DNA from: Mosigvirus mar005p1
Reading direction: 5' to 3' (one strand)
Sequence record: OZ035759.1
DNA length: 64,000 nt
Below the pieces are notes generated by a model. It saw nothing but the letters and a program-made list of their open reading frames with translations, made no database searches and had not been told where the DNA came from. This document shows positions 9,125 to 18,987 of this stretch, piece by piece. Every line of letters begins with the position of its first letter. Positions within the stretch are counted from its first letter, which is position 1. Both the position numbers and the translations under genes were made by a program.

Positions 9125-9868
9125 ATGGAAAAGAGTATGTATCACTTTGTTTATGAGACCGTAAATTTAATTAATGGTAAAAAGTACATTGGCAAACATT
9201 CTACAGAAAATTTAAATGATTCGTATCTAGGGTCAGGTGTTGCCTTAAATCGCGCTATCAAAAAATACGGAGAAGAATCATTTAAACGTTCAATAATTAA
9301 ACAATTTGAAACTTCCGCTGAAGCTTTAGAATACGAAGCTCAGTTAGTAACAGAGGATTTGGTCAAATCTAATGAGTATTATAATATGCGCCAAGGCGGT
9401 GAAGGTGGAAGGTATAAGTACACCGAAGCTGATAAGACTAAAATGTCTAATAGTGCTAAAGAACGAATAAAGAGGCTTGGTCATAATCTTTTAGGAAAAC
9501 ACAGATCGGAAGAAACAAAAAGAAAACTATCTGAAACAAATAAACGTCGATACTCTGAAGACCCAACATGCCACGGGCGGTATGGTACAGGAAAGCCAAA
9601 GATTGATAAAATTAAAGGTCCTAAAAATCCTACAACTCTAAATAAAATTTGTGTTAACAACGGTAAAGAAAACAGATTTATATCAGCCGAGGACCCGATG
9701 CCTGAAGGATTTGTAAAAGGAATGGTCCAACTTAATAGAAAATCTAGAAAGGGCTGTGAAGTAAAACCTACGACCACCGGCAGAATATGGGTAAATAACG
9801 GGGCTATAAATAAATTAGTAAATCCGTTATCCATCCCAGATGGATATGTTAAAGGCCGTTTAAGGTAA
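9125..9868 (+). CDS. GIY-YIG homing endonuclease (Seg-like) with NUMOD3 DNA-binding repeats
   Basis: N-terminal VYETVNLINGKKYIGK (GIY-YIG); C-terminal KICVNNG...PEGFVKG and RIWVNNG...PDGYVKG (NUMOD3-like); ORF track start 9086 rejected because it would contain the promoter. Confidence 0.75.
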   Translation: MEKSMYHFVYETVNLINGKKYIGKHSTENLNDSYLGSGVALNRAIKKYGEESFKRSIIKQFETSAEALEYEAQLVTEDLVKSNEYYNMRQGGEGGRYKYTEADKTKMSNSAKERIKRLGHNLLGKHRSEETKRKLSETNKRRYSEDPTCHGRYGTGKPKIDKIKGPKNPTTLNKICVNNGKENRFISAEDPMPEGFVKGMVQLNRKSRKGCEVKPTTTGRIWVNNGAINKLVNPLSIPDGYVKGRLR

Positions 9869-9873
9869 TTATT

Positions 9874-11388
9874 ATGACAGATATTAAAGTACATTTTCAT
9901 GATTTTAGCCATGTAAGAATTGAATGCGACGAAAGCGTGTTCTATGAATTACGCGACTTTTTTAGCTTTGAAGCCGATGGGTACAAATTCAACCCGCGTT
10001 ACAAATATGGGAACTGGGATGGTAGAATTCGACTTTTAGATTACAGTCGTTTGTTACCATATGGACTTGTAGGACAAATAAAAAAGTTCTGTAACAATAT
10101 GAGTTATTCTGTATGGATTGACCCTAAAATCTTTGAGACCGAAGACCTTACCAGGGAAGATTTTGACACATGGCTTTCTAAACAAGAAATTTATTCCGGC
10201 AATGCCAAAATCGAACCACATTGGTATCAAAAAGATGCAGTATATGAAGGACTAGTTAATCGTCGTCGAATTTTAAACCTTCCGACATCAGCAGGTAAAT
10301 CACTAATCCAAGCACTTTTAGCTCGGTATTATCTAGAGAACTATGAAGGTAAAATTCTCATTATCGTCCCTACAACAGCATTGACAACCCAGATGGCTAA
10401 TGATTTTGTTGATTATCGATTGTTTAGTCATTCGATGATTAAGAAAATTGGCGGTGGTGCCGATAAAGCGGACAAATCTAAAAACGACGCTCCAATTATT
10501 GTTGGCACATGGCAAACAGTAGTTAAGCAGCCTAAAGAATGGTTCTCTCAGTTCGGTATGATGATGAACGATGAATGCCACTTAGCAACAGGCAAAAGTA
10601 TTTCTTCAATCATTGCAGGATTAAATAATTGCATGTTTAAATTCGGTTTATCCGGCTCATTAAGAGACGGAAAAGCCAATGTAATGCAGTACGTAGGTAT
10701 GTTCGGCGAAATCTTCCGTCCTGTTAGCACGTCTAAATTAATGGAAGACGGTCAGGTAACTGAGCTTAAGATTAATAGTATTTTCCTTCGTTATCCAGAC
10801 GAATTCGCCACCAAATTAAAAGGTAAAACATACCAAGAAGAAGTTAAAATTATTACCGGACTAAAACGACGTACAAAGTGGATTGCTCAACTTTCAGTAA
10901 AATTGGCTAAGAAAGACGAGAACGCCTTTGTAATGTTTAAACACGTTACACACGGTAAAGAAATATTTGAAGCTATTAAAGAGCTTGGATACGAAAAAGT
11001 TTATTACGTATCAGGTGAAGTTGATACTGAAACACGTAATGCGCTTAAAGTCATGGCAGAAAATGGTAAAGGCATTATTATTGTTGCATCATATGGAGTA
11101 TTCTCTACTGGTATTTCAGTCAAGAATCTTCATCATGTTATTTTTGCCCATGGTGTTAAATCAAAAATTATCGTACTTCAAACCGTAGGTCGCGTGCTTC
11201 GTAAGCATGGTTCTAAAGCTGTTGCTACAGTTTGGGATCTCATCGACGATGCAGGTGTAAAACCTAAATCATTAAATACTAAAAAGAAGTATACTCATCT
11301 TAATTACTTGTTAAAACACGGTATTGATCGTATCCAACGTTACGCTGATGAGAAATTTAACTATGTAATGAAAACAATTAATTTATAA
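9874..11388 (+). CDS. uvsW: UvsW RNA-DNA and DNA-DNA helicase
   Basis: 504 aa; SF2 helicase motifs; sequence recognisable as T4 UvsW; followed by uvsW.1. Confidence 0.9.
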   Translation: MTDIKVHFHDFSHVRIECDESVFYELRDFFSFEADGYKFNPRYKYGNWDGRIRLLDYSRLLPYGLVGQIKKFCNNMSYSVWIDPKIFETEDLTREDFDTWLSKQEIYSGNAKIEPHWYQKDAVYEGLVNRRRILNLPTSAGKSLIQALLARYYLENYEGKILIIVPTTALTTQMANDFVDYRLFSHSMIKKIGGGADKADKSKNDAPIIVGTWQTVVKQPKEWFSQFGMMMNDECHLATGKSISSIIAGLNNCMFKFGLSGSLRDGKANVMQYVGMFGEIFRPVSTSKLMEDGQVTELKINSIFLRYPDEFATKLKGKTYQEEVKIITGLKRRTKWIAQLSVKLAKKDENAFVMFKHVTHGKEIFEAIKELGYEKVYYVSGEVDTETRNALKVMAENGKGIIIVASYGVFSTGISVKNLHHVIFAHGVKSKIIVLQTVGRVLRKHGSKAVATVWDLIDDAGVKPKSLNTKKKYTHLNYLLKHGIDRIQRYADEKFNYVMKTINL

Positions 11389-11413
11389 GGGCTTCGGCCC
11401 TTAGGAGATAAAA

Positions 11414-11647
11414 ATGGTACTTGAATTTAAACAATTTTTATACGAAGCATCTATTGACGAATTCATGGGTAAAATTGCTAGTTGTCATACCCTAGAAGGG
11501 CTTGAAGAATTGGAAGCTTATTATAAGAAACGTATAAAAGAAACGGAATTAAAAGATACAGATGATATTTCTGTCAGGGATGCCTTAGCAGGTAAGCGTG
11601 CCGAACTTGAAGGCGACGATGATGAGGATGTGGAAGAAGACTTCTAA
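11414..11647 (+). CDS. uvsW.1: UvsW.1 small acidic protein
   Basis: 77 aa (T4 76 aa) with GGAG SD; acidic C-terminus. Confidence 0.75.
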   Translation: MVLEFKQFLYEASIDEFMGKIASCHTLEGLEELEAYYKKRIKETELKDTDDISVRDALAGKRAELEGDDDEDVEEDF

Positions 11648-11650
11648 TTA

Positions 11651-11681
11651 AAAAAAAAGGCCCGACCTTTTTGGAAGGGCC
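11651..11681 (-). terminator. candidate terminator for minus-strand transcripts
   Basis: GGCCC...GGGCC inverted repeat preceded on plus strand by A9 (T-run on the minus strand). Confidence 0.4.
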
Positions 11682-11707
11682 AAAAACCATAGGCAAAAAA
11701 GGTAACA

Positions 11708-11875
11708 CTATAGTAAAAGTTGGGTTTCGTTCAATTGCTCTTCTGAACTTTCTGAAACCGGCAATTGTTGGACATAGTTATAACAAGGACCAGGATGTGC
11801 TGGGCCTTTGTCTGTTTCAACAACCAATGCAGAATCGATTGGAGTTTTACAGACAACACAAATCTTATCTGACAT
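11708..11875 (-). CDS. small Cys-containing protein (possible zinc ribbon), absent from the ORF track
   Basis: 55 aa ORF MSDKICVVCKTP...GPCYNY with strong SD AGGAGG 6 nt upstream; below the track's 60 aa cut-off; antisense plus ORF 11671..11877 is probably spurious. Confidence 0.5.
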   Translation of the reverse strand: MSDKICVVCKTPIDSALVVETDKGPAHPGPCYNYVQQLPVSESSEEQLNETQLLL

Positions 11876-11907
11876 GATTGCCTCCTAAGTTGAAATTACA
11901 TATCTAT

Positions 11908-12132
11908 TTATACAACTCTCATATGCATATCAATGCCCATATCTTTAGAATAAAAATATTCATCAAGATATCCGGCAAATTTTCCTTTAATATAAAGGAC
12001 ATCTTCGCCACAAGGATGGTCTGCCAGGATACGAATATCCTGACGACGTAGACGATACTTTTCCATTAAGAATTTAATTTCAGTTTCAAATTCTTCATCA
12101 TTATTAAAGGCATCTTCAATTGAATAACGCAT
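11908..12132 (-). CDS. hypothetical protein (uvsY.-1 position)
   Basis: 74 aa; start overlaps uvsY stop. Confidence 0.5.
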   Translation of the reverse strand: MRYSIEDAFNNDEEFETEIKFLMEKYRLRRQDIRILADHPCGEDVLYIKGKFAGYLDEYFYSKDMGIDMHMRVV

Positions 12133-12545
12133 TATTGCCCCGCTTCAAATTCTCGCATATCCTGGATATGTTTAAGTGCAAAACTACGAGATTTAACTGC
12201 GTCAAGTGCACCACTACAGAACTCAAGTAAAATTCCCCAGTATTGTAAAGTAGTCTCTATTTTAAGCACATCTTTATCTGCAGCCAGGACAGTTTTCATT
12301 TCAGATTTCTCGTATCGGTCCATACTGAATTCATCACCGTCACCTCGTCCCGAGTAGTAGTCTAATCTTGCTTTTAGAGCAGTTTTCTTCTGAGTCTCTA
12401 TACGCAACATTTCTTTACGAATAAATGAGTGCTTACGTAGCCATTTGCTGTATAACTTAACATTATTCGCTGTCTCATATTGCAACTTTGTCGTATCAAT
12501 AGCTAAGTCTGCGTCTAACTCTTCCTGTAAATCTTCCAGCTTCAT
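12132..12545 (-). CDS. uvsY: UvsY recombination mediator
   Basis: Internal ATG gives 137 aa (T4 UvsY 137 aa) starting MKLEDLQEEL; the 164 aa track ORF start lies upstream of the promoter. Confidence 0.85.
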   Translation of the reverse strand: MKLEDLQEELDADLAIDTTKLQYETANNVKLYSKWLRKHSFIRKEMLRIETQKKTALKARLDYYSGRGDGDEFSMDRYEKSEMKTVLAADKDVLKIETTLQYWGILLEFCSGALDAVKSRSFALKHIQDMREFEAGQ

Positions 12546-12600
12546 AATTTTCTCTCTTTTAACTAATAATCTCCCGGCTGTATCGGAAGGACCTAAAACC

Positions 12601-12625
12601 ATTATACATAGGTTGCCTTGAAGCA
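12601..12625 (-). promoter_or_regulatory. T4 middle promoter (MotA box plus -10) upstream of uvsY
   Basis: Minus-sense aaTGCTTCA, 12 bp, TATAAT; MotA box overlaps 3' end of gene 25. Confidence 0.5.
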
Positions 12626-13024
12626 TTACACTCTATTGCTTGATGCTAACTGAAGTTTGATTTGTTCGATATCATCAGGGTTATCTACGACCGAAAATCT
12701 AATCTCTACTATAACTGTATAGTCATCATATACTGGCGTTACACTTACAGAAAGTTTGTCGATGCGTGGCTCATAGTTACGAACAGCTGCCTGGATATTA
12801 CGCTCAATCGTATCGGCTGTAAGTGGTGTCATGTTCTCGAAAAGTTCATCAACCAAATCGCATCCAAATTCAGGATCGAAGGGGCGTGAGCCTTTTCTAG
12901 TTGTCACTATGCCAAGAAGACTATTTTTAATAGAACGAAGTCCTACAGAACGAGCAACGTCCTTGTTCCAATCCATACGCATTTCTGGGTCGATATCTGA
13001 ATAAAGTTTATTGATATTAGACAT
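12626..13024 (-). CDS. 25: baseplate wedge subunit gp25
   Basis: 132 aa (T4 gp25 132 aa). Confidence 0.9.
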   Translation of the reverse strand: MSNINKLYSDIDPEMRMDWNKDVARSVGLRSIKNSLLGIVTTRKGSRPFDPEFGCDLVDELFENMTPLTADTIERNIQAAVRNYEPRIDKLSVSVTPVYDDYTVIVEIRFSVVDNPDDIEQIKLQLASSNRV

Positions 13025-13650
13025 TATAGTAACTCAAAGAATTCTTTGAGGCCTCGTATTGTGTGAACGTGTGACGCCCCACATTTGGGACATTTAATAG
13101 GGGTTGCCAGATAAATTGATGGCGATACCAAAAGATTTTTAATATTGATCATGTCATCTTCTGTTATAAGGCCGTAAAGGTCGTTTATTTCTGCTTCAGT
13201 TAAATCTTCAACAGGGATGGACTCTCCATTGACAAAAACGGCCTCAATACATGAAGCAATCATTAATGCGATATTTTTATCGTCAAATAATTTAGGTTGA
13301 CGGAACTTAATTTTAATACCACTAAACGAATACCAGGGATCGGCCTGTTCATCTAATTGAGTGTGCAATAAATTCATATAGACTTGAAATGAATGCCCAC
13401 AGGAACAATTCCAGGTGTGTTCTTGATTCACTTCACCTAATGAATGTGCCCACAGATTTACCAACAATAGCTCGGCTTCTTGTTTAGTCAAGTTTTTAGC
13501 GTTAGAGCAATTAGTGATAATATTGTTCACTGCTGATTCAATAGTACCGGTAGCCCGCGCACCTATGAGTCCTAAATATTCTTTTAAAGTAAAGGCTCTA
13601 CAATTCACTTCTTTATCGCCTAAACGTACGGTAAACGTATATTTGTACAT
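13024..13650 (-). CDS. 26: baseplate hub subunit gp26
   Basis: 208 aa (T4 gp26 208 aa); divergent from gene 51. Confidence 0.8.
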   Translation of the reverse strand: MYKYTFTVRLGDKEVNCRAFTLKEYLGLIGARATGTIESAVNNIITNCSNAKNLTKQEAELLLVNLWAHSLGEVNQEHTWNCSCGHSFQVYMNLLHTQLDEQADPWYSFSGIKIKFRQPKLFDDKNIALMIASCIEAVFVNGESIPVEDLTEAEINDLYGLITEDDMINIKNLLVSPSIYLATPIKCPKCGASHVHTIRGLKEFFELL

Positions 13651-13668
13651 GTTAACTCCTTTATTGTG

Positions 13669-13676
13669 TATTTATA
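13669..13676 (-). promoter_or_regulatory. late promoter for gene 26 (TATAAATA on the minus strand)
   Basis: Plus TATTTATA = minus TATAAATA, 19 bp upstream of gene 26 start. Confidence 0.55.
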
Positions 13677-13680
13677 AATA
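13673..13680 (+). promoter_or_regulatory. late promoter for gene 51
   Basis: TATAAATA 18 bp upstream of ATG 13698; overlaps the divergent promoter in the palindrome TATTTATAAATA. Confidence 0.6.
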
Positions 13681-13697
13681 ATAGAAAAGGAGTAATT

Positions 13698-14450
13698 ATG
13701 GCTAATATAATTCGTTGTAAATTACCGGATGGTGTTCATCGTTTTAAGCCGTTCACTGTGGCGGATTATAGAGACTTTTTACTAGTTAGAAATGATATCG
13801 AACATCGTTCGCCGCAAGAACAAAAAGAAATAATTGCCGATCTGATTGATGATTATTTTGGCGAGTACCCTAAAACATGGCAACCATTTATATTCCTGCA
13901 AGTTTTTGCAGGCTCTATAGGCAAAACAAAAGTTCCCGTTATTTTCACTTGCCCTAAATGCTCTAAAGAAAAAACTGCACCATTTGAGATATATCAAAAA
14001 GAACTAGTCGAACCTGAACTTGATGTTGCTGGTATAAAAATACGTTTTTCTTTCCCTGAAAAGTTTTATGACAACAAGGCATTAATGATAAGTGAAAACA
14101 TAAAAGAAATATATTATAATGACAAATGGTACCCATGGAATGATTTGACTGAAGAGAACCAAATCCAAGTAATAGAAGCAATAGACATTGACTCGCTCGA
14201 GAAGGTTATTGCTTCTATGAACCCTATTAATTTGACCCTTAGATTAGGCTGTTGTGAACGACATGTTAAAACATATACTGATATCTTAGAGGTTTTTAAA
14301 TTGTTAGTTAACCCTGATGAGATTTTTACATTCTATCAGATAAACCATTCACTGGTAAAGAGTCAATACACATTGGATTCTATTATGCAAATGATTCCTG
14401 TTGAACGTGGTATTGCTTTAACATTAGTAGAAAAGGACCATAAAAAATGA
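13698..14450 (+). CDS. 51: baseplate hub assembly protein gp51
   Basis: 250 aa (T4 gp51 249 aa). Confidence 0.8.
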   Translation: MANIIRCKLPDGVHRFKPFTVADYRDFLLVRNDIEHRSPQEQKEIIADLIDDYFGEYPKTWQPFIFLQVFAGSIGKTKVPVIFTCPKCSKEKTAPFEIYQKELVEPELDVAGIKIRFSFPEKFYDNKALMISENIKEIYYNDKWYPWNDLTEENQIQVIEAIDIDSLEKVIASMNPINLTLRLGCCERHVKTYTDILEVFKLLVNPDEIFTFYQINHSLVKSQYTLDSIMQMIPVERGIALTLVEKDHKK

Positions 14451-15619
14451 AAGTATTCCAACGTCCAGGATATCCTAACTTAAGCGTTAAATTATACCAA
14501 GATTATTCGGCTTGGCAAGAAAATAGATACGTTGAACTCGCGGCAACAATAACAACTTTAACCATGCGAGATTCGCTATATGGAAGAAATGAAGGGATTC
14601 TTCAATTTTATGACACTAAAAACATCCACACTAAAATGGACGGTAGACAGATAGTCCAAATCTCTGTTTCAAATTCAAACACACCTCTCCAAGTTAGAAC
14701 TCGAATTTACGGATGTAGACATTATTCTGTGTCTGTGGACTCAAAAGGTGACAATATTATTGCAATTGAGCTTGGAACAATACATTCTATAGAGAACCTT
14801 AAATTTGGCCGACCATTCTTCCCGGACGCAGGCGAATCTATACGTGAAATGTTAGGTGTCATATACAAAGACCGTGCGTTAATTACTCCGCCAATAAACA
14901 CTATTAATGCTTATGTTCCTGATATCCCTTGGACAAGCACATTTGATGATTATTTGGCATATGTCAGAGAATTAGGACTTGCTACAGCGAGTGATAAGTT
15001 CGTATTCGTATGGCAAGATATTTTAGGCGTAAACATGATTGACTACGATACTCTTATTGGTCAGGAAGGCATTAAGATGGTTGTAGGCGAGCCAAATACC
15101 GTAGGTCAGTATATTCAAGAGCTTGAGTATCCATTAGTATGGGATTTTACCTGGATGACTAAAGCCAACCAATTTACAAGAGACCCTATTAAAAACGCCA
15201 CGATATTCGCCCATTCATTTTTAGATACATCTATTCCGGTTATTGTTACAGGCGATGGTGATAATGCTATTGTTGTGTCAAGATCCGGTGGATATTCCGA
15301 AATGACCTATCGTAATGGATTTGAAGAAGCAAGTCGTCTTCAGACAATGGCTCAATATGACGGATATGCTAAATGCACTACTACAGGCAATTTTAACATA
15401 ACTCCTGCTACTAAAATTATATTTGTTGACCAAAAGAACCAATTCAAATCCGAATTTTACGTCGATGAAGTTATTCATGAGTTATCAAATAACAACTCAC
15501 AAACTCATCTGTACATGTTTACCAACTCAATGGTGTTAGAACCTGTTAACCCAGTTAAGGTTAAAAATGAACTTAAATCTGATTCTACCTCTAAAGAAAA
15601 TAATTCTACCACAGTCTAA
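14447..15619 (+). CDS. 27: baseplate hub subunit gp27
   Basis: 390 aa (T4 gp27 391 aa). Confidence 0.9.
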   Translation: MKVFQRPGYPNLSVKLYQDYSAWQENRYVELAATITTLTMRDSLYGRNEGILQFYDTKNIHTKMDGRQIVQISVSNSNTPLQVRTRIYGCRHYSVSVDSKGDNIIAIELGTIHSIENLKFGRPFFPDAGESIREMLGVIYKDRALITPPINTINAYVPDIPWTSTFDDYLAYVRELGLATASDKFVFVWQDILGVNMIDYDTLIGQEGIKMVVGEPNTVGQYIQELEYPLVWDFTWMTKANQFTRDPIKNATIFAHSFLDTSIPVIVTGDGDNAIVVSRSGGYSEMTYRNGFEEASRLQTMAQYDGYAKCTTTGNFNITPATKIIFVDQKNQFKSEFYVDEVIHELSNNNSQTHLYMFTNSMVLEPVNPVKVKNELKSDSTSKENNSTTV

Positions 15620-16100
15620 TAAAAAGGTAATGATTCCTAAATTAGGGCTCAAACATTATAATCTTTTAAAGGACGTTAAAGGTCCTGATGAAAACATGAA
15701 AATCTTAGCTGATTCTATTTGTAAAAATATGAGTCCTGCAGATTTTGATTTTGCATGTCTACACATATTGGAATTTAATAACAAACTTAAGTCTGAAGTT
15801 GAAAAAGACGGATTCACATATAAACTAGATGACGTCTATGTATGCCAACGAACAGAATTCCAATTCCAAGGCAATACCTTTTATTTTAGACCTCCAGGCA
15901 AATTTGAACAATTCGCTACAATCAGTGAAATGCTATCAAATTGCTTAATAAAAGTTAATGACGAAGAGAAAGAAATTTCTTTCCTTGAGATGCCTGCTTT
16001 TGTAATCAAATGGGCAGAAGACCTTTCGACAACTATTGCTATTCCAGGCCCTAATGGCCCTATTAAGGGTATAGCAGAAATTATTGGATTGCTTGAATGA
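15567..16100 (+). CDS. 28: baseplate hub distal subunit gp28
   Basis: 177 aa (T4 gp28 177 aa); overlaps 3' end of gene 27. Confidence 0.8.
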   Translation: MNLNLILPLKKIILPQSNKKVMIPKLGLKHYNLLKDVKGPDENMKILADSICKNMSPADFDFACLHILEFNNKLKSEVEKDGFTYKLDDVYVCQRTEFQFQGNTFYFRPPGKFEQFATISEMLSNCLIKVNDEEKEISFLEMPAFVIKWAEDLSTTIAIPGPNGPIKGIAEIIGLLE

Positions 16101-17869
16101 AACCTGAAGAAATGAAATCCATGCGTAGAAATAAGGTCATTGCCGATAATAAACCACAAAAAGTAGCTGCAACAGCAGCTACCGATTCATTAGAAGCATT
16201 GAATAACATTTCATCAAAACTAGACGATGTCCAAGCCGCGTCTGAACTCACATCACAAAGTGTAGAAGATAAAGGCAATGGAATTATTGAATCAATTGGA
16301 GACTTAAAGAATTCGACAGATAATACTGCTGAAGGCACAGAGCTTATCGCAGAAGTTATTGAAAAACAAACTGAAGTCACTAAAAGTATAAACGAAGTTT
16401 CTAGTGCAATAAGCTCTAAGTTAGACCGATTAGCTACATTATTAGAGCAAAAATTACAAACATCTACCGCTATTCAAAATACAGGAAGCACCTCTCTTGA
16501 AGTAATTGAGAACGCTATACCTGTTAAAGTGGTTGAGAACGAAACTTCTGATGAGTTGTTTAAAGCATTACCTACACCTGAAAAGATTGATAATAAGCCA
16601 GACGAAGATTTCTTCCCAGTCCCGGTTCAAGAAAGTGCTAATTCTACTTCCGATTCTAAAGGTGGAATTAACTTTAAATTGAGCGATAAAATTGCAATGC
16701 TCACCAAAACAGTTCAAACCGGGTTTAATAAATCAATATCAATTTCAGACAGAATTGCTGGAATGCTTTTCAAATACACTATAACGGCTGCTATTGAAGC
16801 AGCAAAAATGGCCGCACTTATTCTTGGTATTGTTATCGGTATTGATTTATTGATAGTCCATTTCAAATATTGGACAGACAAGTTCACTTCTGCCTGGGAT
16901 TTATTTGATGAAAACTTTACTAAATTCTCCGATGAAGCTAAAGAGTGGGGTAAATTCTTAAGTGATATATTCACTTCTATTGACTCGATAAAACAAATGT
17001 GGGAAGCTGGAGACTGGGGTGGTTTAACCGTTGCTATCGTCAAAGGTGTAGGAACAGCATTAATGAACTTAGGTGAACTAATTCAATTAGGAATGGCTAA
17101 ACTCTCTGCGTCTATATTGCGTGCTATAGGTTTTGGCGATACCGCGGACGAAATAGAAGGACGTGCTTTGGAAGGATTCCAAGAAACTACTGGGAATAAA
17201 TTAAAGAAAGAAGACCAAGAGAAAGTCGCTAAATATCAAATGAAGCGTGACGATGGGGAATTAGGAACCGTTTCTAAAGGTCTTGATATGTTACAACGCG
17301 GCAAAACATTCGTTACTAACTGGGTTCGTGGTAATGACAATAAAGAAGAGTTTAGTACAAGCGATGAGCGTGCTGCGGAATCAGCAAAATTAAAAGAGTT
17401 ACCTGAAGAGGAGCGTAAAGAGGCGTATATAAAAGCTAATGAAACTCGTGCGGCACTGGTTAGATTTGAGGATTATATCGATAAAATCGATATGACTAAT
17501 CCGGAAAATGCTAAAAACGTCGAGAAGTCTTATGCTGATTTAAGTAAACTTATTAAAGACCCTGAACTTAATAAAACTCCTGTTGTTAAAAAGGAATTAG
17601 ATGCTAGATTTGAAAAGCTAAATAATAAAATGGCTGAAGCCAAAAAGGCTCAGACAACAGTTAAGCCTGAATCTTCGTCTAAATCTCCGGAAGCAAAACA
17701 AGTTCAGTCAATAGAGAAAGGACGTGCTTCTGAATCTAAACAACAGCAACCGGTAGCGGCGATTAGTAACACAAATAATGTCGTCAAAAAGAATACCGTA
17801 GTCCAGAATATGACCCCTGTAACAAGTACAACGGCTCCTGGAATTTTCCATGCCACCGGTGTTAATTAA
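16097..17869 (+). CDS. 29: baseplate hub and tail length determinator gp29
   Basis: 590 aa (T4 gp29 590 aa). Confidence 0.9.
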   Translation: MKPEEMKSMRRNKVIADNKPQKVAATAATDSLEALNNISSKLDDVQAASELTSQSVEDKGNGIIESIGDLKNSTDNTAEGTELIAEVIEKQTEVTKSINEVSSAISSKLDRLATLLEQKLQTSTAIQNTGSTSLEVIENAIPVKVVENETSDELFKALPTPEKIDNKPDEDFFPVPVQESANSTSDSKGGINFKLSDKIAMLTKTVQTGFNKSISISDRIAGMLFKYTITAAIEAAKMAALILGIVIGIDLLIVHFKYWTDKFTSAWDLFDENFTKFSDEAKEWGKFLSDIFTSIDSIKQMWEAGDWGGLTVAIVKGVGTALMNLGELIQLGMAKLSASILRAIGFGDTADEIEGRALEGFQETTGNKLKKEDQEKVAKYQMKRDDGELGTVSKGLDMLQRGKTFVTNWVRGNDNKEEFSTSDERAAESAKLKELPEEERKEAYIKANETRAALVRFEDYIDKIDMTNPENAKNVEKSYADLSKLIKDPELNKTPVVKKELDARFEKLNNKMAEAKKAQTTVKPESSSKSPEAKQVQSIEKGRASESKQQQPVAAISNTNNVVKKNTVVQNMTPVTSTTAPGIFHATGVN

Positions 17870-17877
17870 GGATTATT

Positions 17878-18987
17878 ATGATTAGTGTAAAAGAAATAGT
17901 AGTAGATGCAAAGGATTTAAATAAAGCAATCCCGGTCTCAGAAAGTGCTGGGCAAAGCACTAAAACCGAAACAACTACTAAAACTTATGTTGCTCAATTT
18001 CCTACAGGAAGAGCAGCCGGAAATGACTCCACAGGAGACTTCCAGGTAACAGACCTTTATAAGAACGGATTATTATTTACCGCGTACAATATGTCTGCAC
18101 GCGATTCAGGATCCCTCAGGAATTTACGTCCGGCATACGCCGGGACTTCATCTAATGGTATCATATCGGATTTAACTGATAATGTGAAAGATGCGGTGAC
18201 TAAATTCTCAAATGGATTGCTTCCTGCCGGAGCTAATAAGTCTACTATAAATAAAACTCCTGTTGCTAATATCCTTTTGCCACGTTCCAAATCTGACGTT
18301 GATACAACTTCACATCGTTTTAATGATATCGGTGATAGTCTTATTACTAAAGGTGGAGGTACTGCTACAGGTGTTTTAAGTAACATTGCTTCTACTGCAG
18401 TCTTTGGTGCATTAGATTCTATTACTCAAGGGCTTATGGCTGATAACAACGAACAGATTTATACGACTTCTCGTAGTATGTATGGCGGTGCTGAGAACCG
18501 TACTAAAGTCTTTACATGGGATTTAACTCCACGTTCGACTGAAGACCTTATGGCTATTATAAACATTTACCAGTATTTTAACTATTTCTCTTATGGTGAG
18601 ACTGGTAAATCACAGTATGCCCAAGAGATTAAAAGTTATTTAGACGAATGGTACCGTTCAACGTTTATTGAGCCTATGACGCCAGATGATGCAGTAAAAA
18701 ATAAGACATTGTTTGAAAAGATTACTGCGTCATTAACAAACGTATTAGTTGTAAGCAACCCTACAATTTGGATGGTTAAAAACTTTGGTTATACATCTAA
18801 ATTTGATGGATTAACTGACGTATTTGGCCCATGTCAAATTCAAAGCGTACGTTTTGATAAAACTCCAAATGGACAATTTAATGGTCTCGCTGTTGCTCCT
18901 AACTTACCATCAACATTTACGTTAGAGATAACAATGCGAGAAATTATTACATTAAACCGTTCTTCACTTTATGCGGGGACTTTCTAA
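17878..18987 (+). CDS. 48: baseplate tail tube cap gp48
   Basis: 369 aa (T4 gp48 364 aa). Confidence 0.85.
   Translation: MISVKEIVVDAKDLNKAIPVSESAGQSTKTETTTKTYVAQFPTGRAAGNDSTGDFQVTDLYKNGLLFTAYNMSARDSGSLRNLRPAYAGTSSNGIISDLTDNVKDAVTKFSNGLLPAGANKSTINKTPVANILLPRSKSDVDTTSHRFNDIGDSLITKGGGTATGVLSNIASTAVFGALDSITQGLMADNNEQIYTTSRSMYGGAENRTKVFTWDLTPRSTEDLMAIINIYQYFNYFSYGETGKSQYAQEIKSYLDEWYRSTFIEPMTPDDAVKNKTLFEKITASLTNVLVVSNPTIWMVKNFGYTSKFDGLTDVFGPCQIQSVRFDKTPNGQFNGLAVAPNLPSTFTLEITMREIITLNRSSLYAGTF

Noticed and set aside
11671-11877. Plus-strand 68 aa ORF from the six-frame track
   Set aside because: Antisense to a better-supported 55 aa minus-strand ORF with a strong SD; no SD of its own; spans a terminator-like hairpin.
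12546-12626. N-terminal extension of uvsY (track start 12626)
   Set aside because: The extension covers the MotA-box middle promoter; the internal ATG gives the expected 137 aa. Similar upstream extensions were rejected for alc (34784), dsbA (44768), the alt-side ORF (20346) and the denB-slot ORF (62430).
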